Origin: an uncultured Gammaproteobacteria bacterium
GTDB lineage: Bacteria; Patescibacteriota; Patescibacteriia; CAIXNZ01
Assembly: GCA_964590345.1 (NCBI GenBank)
Contig: CAZPVP010000003.1
Span: 3,634-67,633, forward strand
Direction: 5' to 3'
DNA: 64,000 nucleotides
Shown here: piece after piece, positions 46,991 to 55,716 of the stretch
How the letters are laid out: every line of letters begins with the position of its first letter
Position numbering within the stretch: the stretch's first letter is position 1
Translations under genes and position numbers: made by a program
The notes under the pieces: model-generated
Told to the model about the DNA's origin: nothing
Databases searched by the model: none
Seen by the model: the letters and a program-made list of their open reading frames with translations, nothing else

Positions 46991-47929
46991 ATGAGAGAAA
47001 AATTATCTTACGAAAAACCAAAAGTTGAAAAAATTGAAAAAAAAGATTATGTTTTTGATGAATTTCACAAAGCAGATTTTAAAATTGAAGAATTCCCGGA
47101 AATTTTTGAGCGAGCTGTAGAGCTTGCCAATATGCCTGATTCGCACTTTGATGACGGTGTAAAAATGTCTCAAATTATTGAGACTTTATGGCAAGATATT
47201 AAAAAGGAAGGAGAAATTAATTTTACGATTGAGGAATTAAAATTAGCTTGTTTATTTCATGATATTGGCAAATCTGGCCCTCCTGAAGCAAGCAGAGGAG
47301 AAAGATTTACGATGGAACAGATTTTTAACCCGGTTTATTTTAATGTCAATCGGCCGGAATTTAAAGGCAAAAATCCTAAAGAGTTATCAATTTCCGAAGC
47401 TTTGGATATTGAGGATTTTCCCAACAAAGAAACAATTGAAGAATATTTGAAAACTTTAACTTTGCACGTTTTTGATGAAAAGAATAAAAAAATCAAAGAA
47501 GAAAAATTAGATTTAGAAAAGCATTCAATGATTGATCTTTGGCGGGAACATGATTATTGGACTTATCAATTGTTGCAAAAATATGGCGATGATAAAATTT
47601 CTCGCGATTTAATAGTTGTTTCAAGTTCTCATCATACTTTGGAAGGCCATGACCCGGCCATGATTGACGGCGAAATACCTAATGAGGCAGTAACTTTAGA
47701 AATTTTGGATAAATATTTAATTTTGACTTTGGTTGATAAATATCAGGCGTTTACAGACCGGACTGGCAAAGATCATGAGGAAACCATAAAAATTTTAGAA
47801 AATATGATAAATGCAAGCAAAAAAGAGGGGATTATTAATCATGATGATACTGTTTTTAATCAGTTTATAAAATATTTAAAAATTTTAGAAAAACATCCGG
47901 AAATGGCAGAGATTATTAAAAAGAAATAA
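46991..47929 (+). CDS. HD-domain protein (degenerate HD-GYP-like)
   Basis: LFHDIGK, REH, SHHTLEG, VDKYQA; no GYP motif. Confidence 0.65.
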   Translation: MREKLSYEKPKVEKIEKKDYVFDEFHKADFKIEEFPEIFERAVELANMPDSHFDDGVKMSQIIETLWQDIKKEGEINFTIEELKLACLFHDIGKSGPPEASRGERFTMEQIFNPVYFNVNRPEFKGKNPKELSISEALDIEDFPNKETIEEYLKTLTLHVFDEKNKKIKEEKLDLEKHSMIDLWREHDYWTYQLLQKYGDDKISRDLIVVSSSHHTLEGHDPAMIDGEIPNEAVTLEILDKYLILTLVDKYQAFTDRTGKDHEETIKILENMINASKKEGIINHDDTVFNQFIKYLKILEKHPEMAEIIKKK

Positions 47930-47943
47930 GTTTTTAAAAATAG

Positions 47944-47971
47944 AAAAAGAGGGGAGTAAGCCCCTCTTTTT
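47944..47971. terminator. Bidirectional terminator between convergent genes
   Basis: AAAAAGAGGGG-agtaag-CCCCTCTTTTT. Confidence 0.8.
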
Positions 47972-47987
47972 ATGGTTGCTTAAAAAG

Positions 47988-49436
47988 CTACATTTGACCC
48001 GTCCAGCAATAAGTGCAGACCCTTTCTGGCGGCAGGCCAATAGCTTTAATATTATGAGCAGTTGTCAGGTAAATTATCCTTTTGACAACTTCCCAGTCAG
48101 ATTCCTTATTGACATCGCGCCTTATCCATTCAATCATTGCTTTGAATTTTTCTGTTCTTGGATCAAGATAAGGGGTAATGTCAATTTCTTCAATTTTTTT
48201 GCCTTCAATCCCTACCATAGCTTTTCTGGCTGCTAATTCTTCCAATCTTCTAGTTGATTCTTCAAATGGGCAGATTTCAATTAAAGGCGCACAAGCTAAA
48301 GCCAGGGTTAGGTCTGATGGACGGCAACGTCCGATTTTTTTTATTAGCCAAAATAGTTGAGTATTTCGTACCAGAGAATCGTCAATGAGCAGAATTTTTT
48401 TGCCGGCTATAACTGCTCTGATAGTGTTGATTTTGTGAAAAGCCGCGTAGTTTCGTTGACGCTGACTTCCATACATGAAACTACGAATACTGCGTTTTTT
48501 TCTTAGAGGTCTTTTTAAAGGTAAGCCTGAAGCACAAGCTGCCCCATGAGCATGGCCTAATCCTGAATCTGGAACCCCGGCGATAAAGTCAATTTCCAAA
48601 CCCATGGGTTCAAAGATGTCCCAAATGGCAGCACCGCTTCTGTCACGGGTATCTTCAACGCAGATATTTTCAATAATTGCTTCAGGATAAGCAGTATATA
48701 CGTATAAAAAACCGCATATTTTGCTATTATCATGCCCCGGTACAAGCGTTTTTGGCCCGTTACCGTCAATGAAAACAATTTCGCCGGCTTTGAGTTCTCT
48801 TTCTCTTTCATATTCAAGATTATCTAGGCCTGTTGTTTCAGTAACAACTGCATAGGTACTATTTTTTTGACTAATTGATAAGCTGAACGTTCCGCGTGGA
48901 TCTCTGGCTGCAAAAATACCATCAGCGGTTAAGAGTAGCATATTAAGTGAGCCATGCCCCTTAATTTTCTCCCAAACTGCTTTTATGCCATCCACCAGAT
49001 CTTTGCCTGTGCTGATTATTTCACCTGCGATTTCGGCTTTGTTATAGTGCCAGTTTTCTTTTTTTTCATCCCATGTTTTTTCCTGAAAATTATGGCCTTG
49101 ATCTTTTAATTCGTCACCAATTTGCTGTAAATTAAAAAAATTTCCTTGAACAGCAATACTGAAGCTGCCAATTCTGGTGTCAAATTTTAAAGGCTGAACA
49201 TCGGCGGAACTGGCAACTCCAATTCCGATATTGCCGGGAAGTCTGTCTAATTCCTTGGCAAATCTTGGCAAAAAAGGAATTTCACTTATGGCGTGAATTT
49301 CTTTATAGAGGCCATTGCCCTGACGAGTGAAAATTCCGCCAATAGCTTGTCCTAGATGTTCATGATCGCTTAATAGATTGTAGAGATCTTCTATGCAAGG
49401 TTCTTTTACTGAAAAGACTCCTGACAAACCGCTCAT
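47988..49436 (-). CDS. purF: Amidophosphoribosyltransferase-like protein lacking the N-terminal catalytic Cys
   Basis: AARDPRG, GVPDSG, LIDDSLVR, Fe-S cysteines (CGFLYVY, CPF, CTYC); N-terminus MSGLSG. Confidence 0.8.
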   Translation of the reverse strand: MSGLSGVFSVKEPCIEDLYNLLSDHEHLGQAIGGIFTRQGNGLYKEIHAISEIPFLPRFAKELDRLPGNIGIGVASSADVQPLKFDTRIGSFSIAVQGNFFNLQQIGDELKDQGHNFQEKTWDEKKENWHYNKAEIAGEIISTGKDLVDGIKAVWEKIKGHGSLNMLLLTADGIFAARDPRGTFSLSISQKNSTYAVVTETTGLDNLEYERERELKAGEIVFIDGNGPKTLVPGHDNSKICGFLYVYTAYPEAIIENICVEDTRDRSGAAIWDIFEPMGLEIDFIAGVPDSGLGHAHGAACASGLPLKRPLRKKRSIRSFMYGSQRQRNYAAFHKINTIRAVIAGKKILLIDDSLVRNTQLFWLIKKIGRCRPSDLTLALACAPLIEICPFEESTRRLEELAARKAMVGIEGKKIEEIDITPYLDPRTEKFKAMIEWIRRDVNKESDWEVVKRIIYLTTAHNIKAIGLPPERVCTYCWTGQM

Positions 49437-49486
49437 TTTTTCCCTCCTCTGTTTTTAGAATTTTTAATGAACCAATTTAATATTTT

Positions 49487-49515
49487 CAGCTTACAAAATC
49501 TTGGCAAAATTGTCA
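49487..49515 (-). promoter_or_regulatory. Sigma70-like promoter for the purF-like gene
   Basis: Minus strand TTGACA-17-TAAGCT; SD GAGGAGGG before ATG. Confidence 0.55.
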
Positions 49516-49626
49516 ATTTTTGCTAAACTTTATTTATAGATTTAAGAGGTAAGATTTAAGATGTAAGTAAAAATGAGTTAAAAATAGCTTAAATCTTAGT
49601 CCTTAAACCTTAAATTTATTAAAAAT

Positions 49627-50931
49627 ATGCTAGACATAAATTTTATTAAAGAAAATTTAAAAGAGTTAAAAAAAGTGACCAAAGATAAAGGCATAGAGCT
49701 TGATTATGATAAATTGCTAAAATTAGATGAAAAACGTCGTAATTTAATTCAGCAAACAGACAAAATACGGCAACAAAGAAATGAGAATGCAGATTTGCTT
49801 AAAGATCCAAAAAAGCGCACTGATAAATTAATAAAAGAGGGGAAAGTATTAAAAGATAAGTTAGTTGCTTTAGAAAGTGATTATAATAAAGTTAAAGCTG
49901 AATATGATTTGCTTATGTTAAAAGTGCCTAATCTTATTTCTGAAGATACGCCCATAGGCAAAGATGAAAAAGATAATAAGGTTATAGACAAATGGGGTAA
50001 AATACCCAAATTTAATTTTAAGATCAAAGATCATATAGAATTAGGCAAGGATTTGGATTTAATAGACATTGATAGGGGAGTTAAGGTTTCTGGTTTTCGC
50101 GGTTATTTTTTGAAAAATGAAGGTGCCCAGATACAACTGGCGATTTTGATGCATGTTTTTAATAAATTAATCGCTAAAGGCTTTATACCCTTTATTCCGC
50201 CGACTTTGGTTCGAGAAGCGGCCTTAATTGGCAGCGGCCATTTTCCTGAAGGTAAAGAAGAGATTTATCAGATTGCTAATCCTGGCAAATTAGAAAGCGG
50301 GGAAATAAGAAAGGAGCCATTATTTTTAGCTGGCACGTCAGAACCTTCTTTATTGGCCTATCATGCCAATGAAACATTGTCTGAAGAGGATTTACCTTTA
50401 AAATTTTGCGGTTTTTCACCATGTTATCGCAGTGAAATTGGCAGTTACGGCAAAGATACTAAGGGCTTATATCGAGTTCATGAATTTATGAAAGTTGAGC
50501 AAGTTATTGTTTGTCAAGCTGATCTTAAAGAAGGTTTAAAATGGTTTGAAGAATTAAGAAAAATTTCAGAAGAAATTTTACAGGAATTAAAATTACCTTA
50601 TCAAGTTTCATTAATGTGTACCGGTGATATGGGTGCTGGCAAATATAAAATGTATGATTTTGAAACCTGGATGCCCAGCAGAAATAATTATTGTGAAACT
50701 CATTCCAACTCAATTTTAACTGACTGGCAGTCCAGAAGATTAAATTTAAAATATAAGGATAAAAAGGGTGTAACAAAATATGTTTATACTTTAAACAATA
50801 CGGCCATTGCTTTGCCAAGAATTTTAATAGCTTTGTGGGAGAATTGTCAAAATAAAGACGGTTCAATTACTATTCCGGAAGTTTTGCGGCTTTATTTAGG
50901 CAATCAAGATAAAATTATTGCTAAAAAATAA
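49627..50931 (+). CDS. serS: Serine--tRNA ligase
   Basis: MLDI, GTSE, CYRSE.G..GKDTKGLYRVHEF.KVEQ, YDFETWMP, TLNNTAIA. Confidence 0.96.
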   Translation: MLDINFIKENLKELKKVTKDKGIELDYDKLLKLDEKRRNLIQQTDKIRQQRNENADLLKDPKKRTDKLIKEGKVLKDKLVALESDYNKVKAEYDLLMLKVPNLISEDTPIGKDEKDNKVIDKWGKIPKFNFKIKDHIELGKDLDLIDIDRGVKVSGFRGYFLKNEGAQIQLAILMHVFNKLIAKGFIPFIPPTLVREAALIGSGHFPEGKEEIYQIANPGKLESGEIRKEPLFLAGTSEPSLLAYHANETLSEEDLPLKFCGFSPCYRSEIGSYGKDTKGLYRVHEFMKVEQVIVCQADLKEGLKWFEELRKISEEILQELKLPYQVSLMCTGDMGAGKYKMYDFETWMPSRNNYCETHSNSILTDWQSRRLNLKYKDKKGVTKYVYTLNNTAIALPRILIALWENCQNKDGSITIPEVLRLYLGNQDKIIAKK

Positions 50932-50985
50932 GATGGAGCAGGGGAGAGCGAGTAAATTTTGTATTCATATAAAAAATTCTTTAAA

Positions 50986-51900
50986 ATGTTTTTTAAGAAA
51001 AAAAGAAAAGCTATTTTGGGCTCTAAAAAATACAAAATAGAGCGCCAAGCTGTTCGTTATCGTAATCCTTTGCGTTTAAAGAAGGGTTTATTTCAATTTA
51101 AACTTTTTCGCATTATAAATTTAATTTTATTTATAGGTATTTTTGCTTGCCTATATTTTTTTATTTTTTCTGATTTTTATAATATTACTAATATTGAAGT
51201 TTTTGGCAATCAAATAATTTCCAGCGATGATATTTTAGATATCACTAATGATTATTTGGCCAAAAATAAATTATTGGTTTTTAAAAATAAAAACATTTTT
51301 TTGTTTGATCGTAATGATTTGAAGGAAAAGATAAATGAAGTTATAATTTTACAGGATCTAAAGGTTGAAAAAATCTTGCCTAATACAATAAGAATAACAC
51401 TTAAAGAAAAAGATTCGGCCTTGAAATGGCTAACCAGTAATCAAGAATATTTAGTTGACAAAGAAGGTTTAATTATAAAAAGATATTATAAATTTATCAC
51501 GCCTAAAATTTTTAGTTTAATTGAAATTGAAAAAGCAAGCGCAAAAAAAAGCGATTCTAATCTTTTGCAGATTATAAATTTGGCTAATCAGGAAATTAAT
51601 TTGGGTGACAGGGTTTTGAATCCAGAAGATGTTGAATTTATTTTAAATTTGATACCAAAATTAAAAGAAAAAGATTACTCAAAAATAAAAACTGTTTCAG
51701 TGCCTAATAATTTTCCTCAATATTTGATCGTTGAATTTGAGCCTGGCTGGCTGATACATTTTAATTTGGCTGATTCAATTGAAAGTCAGTTGAATCGCTT
51801 GGATGCTTTGATTAATCAAAAGATTGAAAAAAGCAATTTGCCATATCTTGATTATATTGATTTAAGATTAGGGGAGAGTGTTTATTATAAAATGAAATAA
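50986..51900 (+). CDS. FtsQ/DivIB-like cell division protein
   Basis: Basic N-terminus, TM, POTRA (IEVFGNQ...KILPNTIRITLKE), C-terminal YIDLRLG..VYYK. Confidence 0.78.
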   Translation: MFFKKKRKAILGSKKYKIERQAVRYRNPLRLKKGLFQFKLFRIINLILFIGIFACLYFFIFSDFYNITNIEVFGNQIISSDDILDITNDYLAKNKLLVFKNKNIFLFDRNDLKEKINEVIILQDLKVEKILPNTIRITLKEKDSALKWLTSNQEYLVDKEGLIIKRYYKFITPKIFSLIEIEKASAKKSDSNLLQIINLANQEINLGDRVLNPEDVEFILNLIPKLKEKDYSKIKTVSVPNNFPQYLIVEFEPGWLIHFNLADSIESQLNRLDALINQKIEKSNLPYLDYIDLRLGESVYYKMK

Positions 51901-51924
51901 ATTTAGCTGCTTGTGAGCGATTGA

Positions 51925-51971
51925 ATAAAAAAAAGACCCTCAACTATAATTAGTAGGTTGAGGGGATTTTT
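51925..51971. terminator. Bidirectional terminator
   Basis: A-tract, CCCTCAAC..GTTGAGGG stem, T-tract. Confidence 0.65.
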
Positions 51972-52090
51972 AAAAATCTTATTAACCTGGCGGTATAATC
52001 CCAGGTTTTGCATATGGGACATTGAACTTTTTTATCATTTTCAATGTAGTTCATTTTTTTGCCACACATTGGGCATTTGATTGTAGGCAT
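51950..52090 (-). CDS. 46-aa zinc-ribbon microprotein (absent from the ORF track)
   Basis: MPTIKCPMCGKKMNYIENDKKVQCPICKTWDYTARLIRFLKIPSTY; SD AAGGAGG; minus-strand promoter TTGACA-17-TATACT at 52147-52119. Confidence 0.7.
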   Translation of the reverse strand: MPTIKCPMCGKKMNYIENDKKVQCPICKTWDYTARLIRFLKIPSTY

Positions 52091-52361
52091 TATAACTAAC
52101 CTCCTTTTTTAATATTATAGTATATCATATTATTTTAATTTTGTCAAGTATTTGAGTATAAAAGTAATAAAAATTAGCTAATTTTAGCCATTTTTTGCAG
52201 TTTATGTGTTATTTTTAGCAAAAGCGAGTAAAAATAAATGATTAAGTAAAGAGGATATTGAGCATTTTAAGATATAAATTAAAATAAAAGAGTATTTTTT
52301 TTAAAAAAAAATATTTGTAAATAAAGATAATTAGAAATTTTTTAAATTGGGGATAAATATA

Positions 52362-52390
52362 TTGACACAAAGATCAGCACGGGGTATCAT
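52362..52390 (+). promoter_or_regulatory. Sigma70 promoter of the Xer gene
   Basis: TTGACA (52362-52367), 17 nt spacer, TATCAT (52385-52390). Confidence 0.7.
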
Positions 52391-52394
52391 ATAC

Positions 52395-52428
52395 ATAACT
52401 TCGCATAATATACCTTAAACGAATTAAT
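52395..52428. other. dif/loxP-like tyrosine-recombinase site
   Basis: ATAACTTCGCATA-ATATACCT-TAAACGAATTAAT; 11-6-11 core ACTTCGCATAA-TATACC-TTAAACGAATT, ending 21 nt before the xer start. Confidence 0.7.
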
Positions 52429-52449
52429 GTACTGATAATATATAAATAT

Positions 52450-53424
52450 ATGAAAAAAACAACAATACCTTTAAATGCTTATATTTCTGAATATTTAGAA
52501 TATTTAGAAATTGAAAAAGGTTTAGCTCAATTAAGTGTAAAAAATTATGATCGTTTTTTAAATAAATTTAAAAATTGGCTTAATTCTAATTATAAAGATA
52601 TAAAACCCTATCAATTGACTGCTGATATGGTTTCAAAATACAGGCTTTATTTAGCTTATTCAAAAGCTAATGCTAAGACTCAGGAAAATCTTAAAAAAAA
52701 TACGCAAAATTATTATTTAATAGCTTTAAGAAGTTTTTTGGGATTTTTAATTGAAAAAGACATAGAAACATTGCCGCCTGATAAAATAAAACTTGCTAAG
52801 TCAAGTGAAAAAGATAGAGTCGTAAAATTTTTAAAATTACAGGAGTTAGAACGACTTTTTTTAAGCCCAAATATTAAAAAATTGCCGGGCTTACGAGATC
52901 GGGCTATTATGGAGACCCTTTACAGCACTGGCCTTCGTATTGCTGAATTAGTTGCTTTAAATCGCGAGCAGTTTAATTTGAGCTTAATTAAAAATTTGGA
53001 TTCTTATGAATTAACAATTATCGGTAAAGGTAATCATCCTCGAACTGTTTATTTTTCCAAAAGATGTTTAGATTGGATAACCAGGTATTTAGAAAAACGT
53101 AAAGATATGGAAGCGCCATTATTTGTGAATCATCGTAAAATTAAAGACACAAAGGCAGAGAGAAGATTGACTCCCCGTTCAATTCAAAATATTTTAAAAA
53201 AATACAGCAAAATTGCTGGTTTACCGATAATGGCTACTCCTCATACTTTAAGGCATACTTATGCTACTGACCTTTTAAATCAGGGTGTTGACTTAAGGAC
53301 AGTCCAGGAGTTTTTAGGCCATAAGAATATTGCTACCACTCAAATATATACCCATGTAACTAATAAACGATTGAAAGATATTCATAAAAAATTTCATAGT
53401 GGTTCTAATCTTAAAAATGAATAA
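52450..53424 (+). CDS. XerC/XerD-family site-specific tyrosine recombinase
   Basis: RDRAIMETLYSTGLRIAEL, GKG, PHTLRH, QEFLGH, TTQIYTHV; all catalytic residues present. Confidence 0.92.
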   Translation: MKKTTIPLNAYISEYLEYLEIEKGLAQLSVKNYDRFLNKFKNWLNSNYKDIKPYQLTADMVSKYRLYLAYSKANAKTQENLKKNTQNYYLIALRSFLGFLIEKDIETLPPDKIKLAKSSEKDRVVKFLKLQELERLFLSPNIKKLPGLRDRAIMETLYSTGLRIAELVALNREQFNLSLIKNLDSYELTIIGKGNHPRTVYFSKRCLDWITRYLEKRKDMEAPLFVNHRKIKDTKAERRLTPRSIQNILKKYSKIAGLPIMATPHTLRHTYATDLLNQGVDLRTVQEFLGHKNIATTQIYTHVTNKRLKDIHKKFHSGSNLKNE

Positions 53425-53427
53425 TCC

Positions 53428-53673
53428 ATGCTTCGAAATTTAATTGATATTTTTTACTCAAATTTTCGTCTTAGCAATCGTTACCCTGACATTACTTCTG
53501 ATGATGAGCAAATAATTATTGAATGCGGAGATACTGATCCTAATAAAATTATTGAGCATTTTGATTTAGGTGTCGCAAAAATTTTAATATTACCCTGTCC
53601 CAATATTGAATCTAAAAATTTTAGAGATAATCATTATAAAGAAAAAATTAAAAAAATAATAAAAAAGAGGTAG
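53428..53673 (+). CDS. Small hypothetical protein, possibly a PD-(D/E)xK-like fragment
   Basis: YPDI...IIIECG motif; starts 3 nt after the xer stop. Confidence 0.4.
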   Translation: MLRNLIDIFYSNFRLSNRYPDITSDDEQIIIECGDTDPNKIIEHFDLGVAKILILPCPNIESKNFRDNHYKEKIKKIIKKR

Positions 53674-53689
53674 AAATACCCTCTTTTTT
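53661..53689. terminator. Bidirectional terminator at the convergence point
   Basis: AAAAAAGAGG-tagaaatac-CCTCTTTTTT. Confidence 0.7.
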
Positions 53690-53701
53690 GCATATTATTG
53701 A

Positions 53702-54088
53702 TTATTGCCTAAAATACTCCCCTAATTCCTTGTCTTTTTTAAATTTGGCTATATTTTTATTAACTCGCTTATAAAAGGCCGGATAATGGCTTCTGATGAT
53801 CCAGCGGCCTTTATAACGCTGTTTATATGGCTTTTTTTGATGATGGGCTACTTCATGGGCTAAAATGCGCAAAATTGAGTTAATGCTCTTTGGCTGCCTT
53901 CTTTTAGGCGTAAAAATATCAAGCGCAATTACCTTTGTTTTTAAATTTGTATAACCTACTGAATAATTTTTAGCAGTATTTATTGGTGCCTGCCTGTTCA
54001 TAACTTTAAAACTAAAGCCTGTAATTTTTAAACATTTACAGGCCTTGGCAAATATATTTTCAATTTTTTTTTGATGTAAATTGCTCAT
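53702..54088 (-). CDS. Small zinc metalloprotease-like protein (SprT/WLM-like)
   Basis: ILAHEVAHH (HExxH) and downstream HYPAFY; ATG 54088. Confidence 0.65.
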   Translation of the reverse strand: MSNLHQKKIENIFAKACKCLKITGFSFKVMNRQAPINTAKNYSVGYTNLKTKVIALDIFTPKRRQPKSINSILRILAHEVAHHQKKPYKQRYKGRWIIRSHYPAFYKRVNKNIAKFKKDKELGEYFRQ

Positions 54089-54124
54089 GTGTCGTAAAAT
54101 AAATAGCAAAGTGTGTTTTTCTGT

Positions 54125-55258
54125 TTATTGTATTCTTCTTATGCATTTAGGCTTACCACTAGCTGTCCAATTATGTCCAGAAAAATTAGTTACTCTTATA
54201 GCATTCCCCGGTGACCTACCAGAATGACCGCCATGACTTTCAAAAAGTTTCCCCCCACCAGCATAAATGTAAACATGTCCTATGCCATGTCCACAGCCAG
54301 TTGGGTAACCAACAACATCGCCTGCTTTTAATCCAATACCATTAACAGAGGTTGCTCCAAAATTCTCAATTCTTTCGCTATTACTGCAATTACAACCAAA
54401 AATACTAGTGGTACCACCGCCATAAGAGCTTATACCGGCGCATCTTAAAACAAAATTAATATAACCCGAACAATCTAAGCAAACAGTTCCGCTTGGGCAG
54501 AAATTATTATATTGCATATATTGTGATCTTATTTCGCTATATGGAGGTGGGCCGCCTTTGCCGCCGAATCTATAAGTGACTTTTCCGACGGTAGCTCTTG
54601 TAATTTGTTCCATAACGGAAGCCCCTCCATTTTTAGGGCAAAAGATAGCGCCAGGGACATATCTTTCCCAATTACCAAAAAGAGGTGCATCTATATCTGG
54701 TGATTCAATCTCCTCAACATAAGCAACTTGAGGCGTTTCTAATTGAGTCAAGCCAATAAAAGATAATATTATATAACTAAGCACACCAATAATTAGACCA
54801 ATGAAAGCAGAAGAAATGTATTTTTTGGCGGTTTTAATTTGGGCTACATTACCGCCAGCTAAAATCCATTTAACTCCTCCAAAAATAACCATTACGATTG
54901 CAATTGGCACTAATATATATAAGGCGTATTTATAAATATTTTTAATATAGTCCGCAATATTAACAGCCTTTTCGTATTTAAAAATTGGCACTTGTAGGTC
55001 AAGATCGATTTGGGCGCCGTATTTATGGCAGCATTTGCCAACATCACAAACTGCTTCAGAATCTAAAAATTCGCCTTCAGGGCATTCTTCAGTTTCAACA
55101 CAATGGCCATCATCAGGATATTTGTCTTCGCAGCTTAGTTGCTCTATTACATCATCGGTCGCATTGGCAAGATTAACTAAAAGAAAAGAAAGACTTATAA
55201 ATAACAGAATTAAGCTTAATTTAATTAAAAAGTTGAAGGTTATTTTTTTGTCTTTCAT
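54125..55258 (-). CDS. CPR-type pilin (TrbC/VirB2-like) fused to NlpC/P60 hydrolase domain
   Basis: Signal peptide, Cys-rich segment, LQVPI..YI..IY...MVIFGGVKWILAGGN...AKKYI..AFIGL pilin core; YRFGG, LDCSG, GHVYIY. Confidence 0.75.
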   Translation of the reverse strand: MKDKKITFNFLIKLSLILLFISLSFLLVNLANATDDVIEQLSCEDKYPDDGHCVETEECPEGEFLDSEAVCDVGKCCHKYGAQIDLDLQVPIFKYEKAVNIADYIKNIYKYALYILVPIAIVMVIFGGVKWILAGGNVAQIKTAKKYISSAFIGLIIGVLSYIILSFIGLTQLETPQVAYVEEIESPDIDAPLFGNWERYVPGAIFCPKNGGASVMEQITRATVGKVTYRFGGKGGPPPYSEIRSQYMQYNNFCPSGTVCLDCSGYINFVLRCAGISSYGGGTTSIFGCNCSNSERIENFGATSVNGIGLKAGDVVGYPTGCGHGIGHVYIYAGGGKLFESHGGHSGRSPGNAIRVTNFSGHNWTASGKPKCIRRIQ

Positions 55259-55683
55259 TTTCGAATTTTATTGTGAAAAATATTTTTTAAAACATTAGCC
55301 AAGAAAAAGAAAATAAGGGCTTGGAGCAAATCATAAACGTTAATCCCTTTTGCACTTATAAAACCAATGATTAAAATAAAAATTGTGCCTAAATAAATAA
55401 CCGTGTCAATTAAATAAAATTCAAATCCTGTAACAATTATTTCATATTGAGTGATGCCTTGTTCTTTATCTTTTTTAAATCTAAATTTGTGTTTGGTTAA
55501 AGTTAGAATTAAGGCAAAAATTAAAATAATTACGGGGCCCCAGAAAATTAAAATTTTTCCCAATGTTTCAGTCAGGTCAGGGAAAAACCACCACATAATT
55601 ACAACTCCAATAATAATTAGCCAAACTATATACTTAGAAAAAAGATTTAAAATTATTGCTTTAAATTTTTCTAAACTAGTCAT
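55255..55683 (-). CDS. Four-TM membrane protein
   Basis: Four hydrophobic segments. Confidence 0.65.
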   Translation of the reverse strand: MTSLEKFKAIILNLFSKYIVWLIIIGVVIMWWFFPDLTETLGKILIFWGPVIILIFALILTLTKHKFRFKKDKEQGITQYEIIVTGFEFYLIDTVIYLGTIFILIIGFISAKGINVYDLLQALIFFFLANVLKNIFHNKIRK

Positions 55684-55716
55684 ATTTTTTTAGTATAAGT
55701 GTAAGATGAATATTTT

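Noticed and set aside
52450-53673. Prophage, integron or ICE integrase
   Set aside because: Sequence is XerC/D-like with no obvious IntI insertion; no attC arrays, phage or conjugation genes; flanks are housekeeping.
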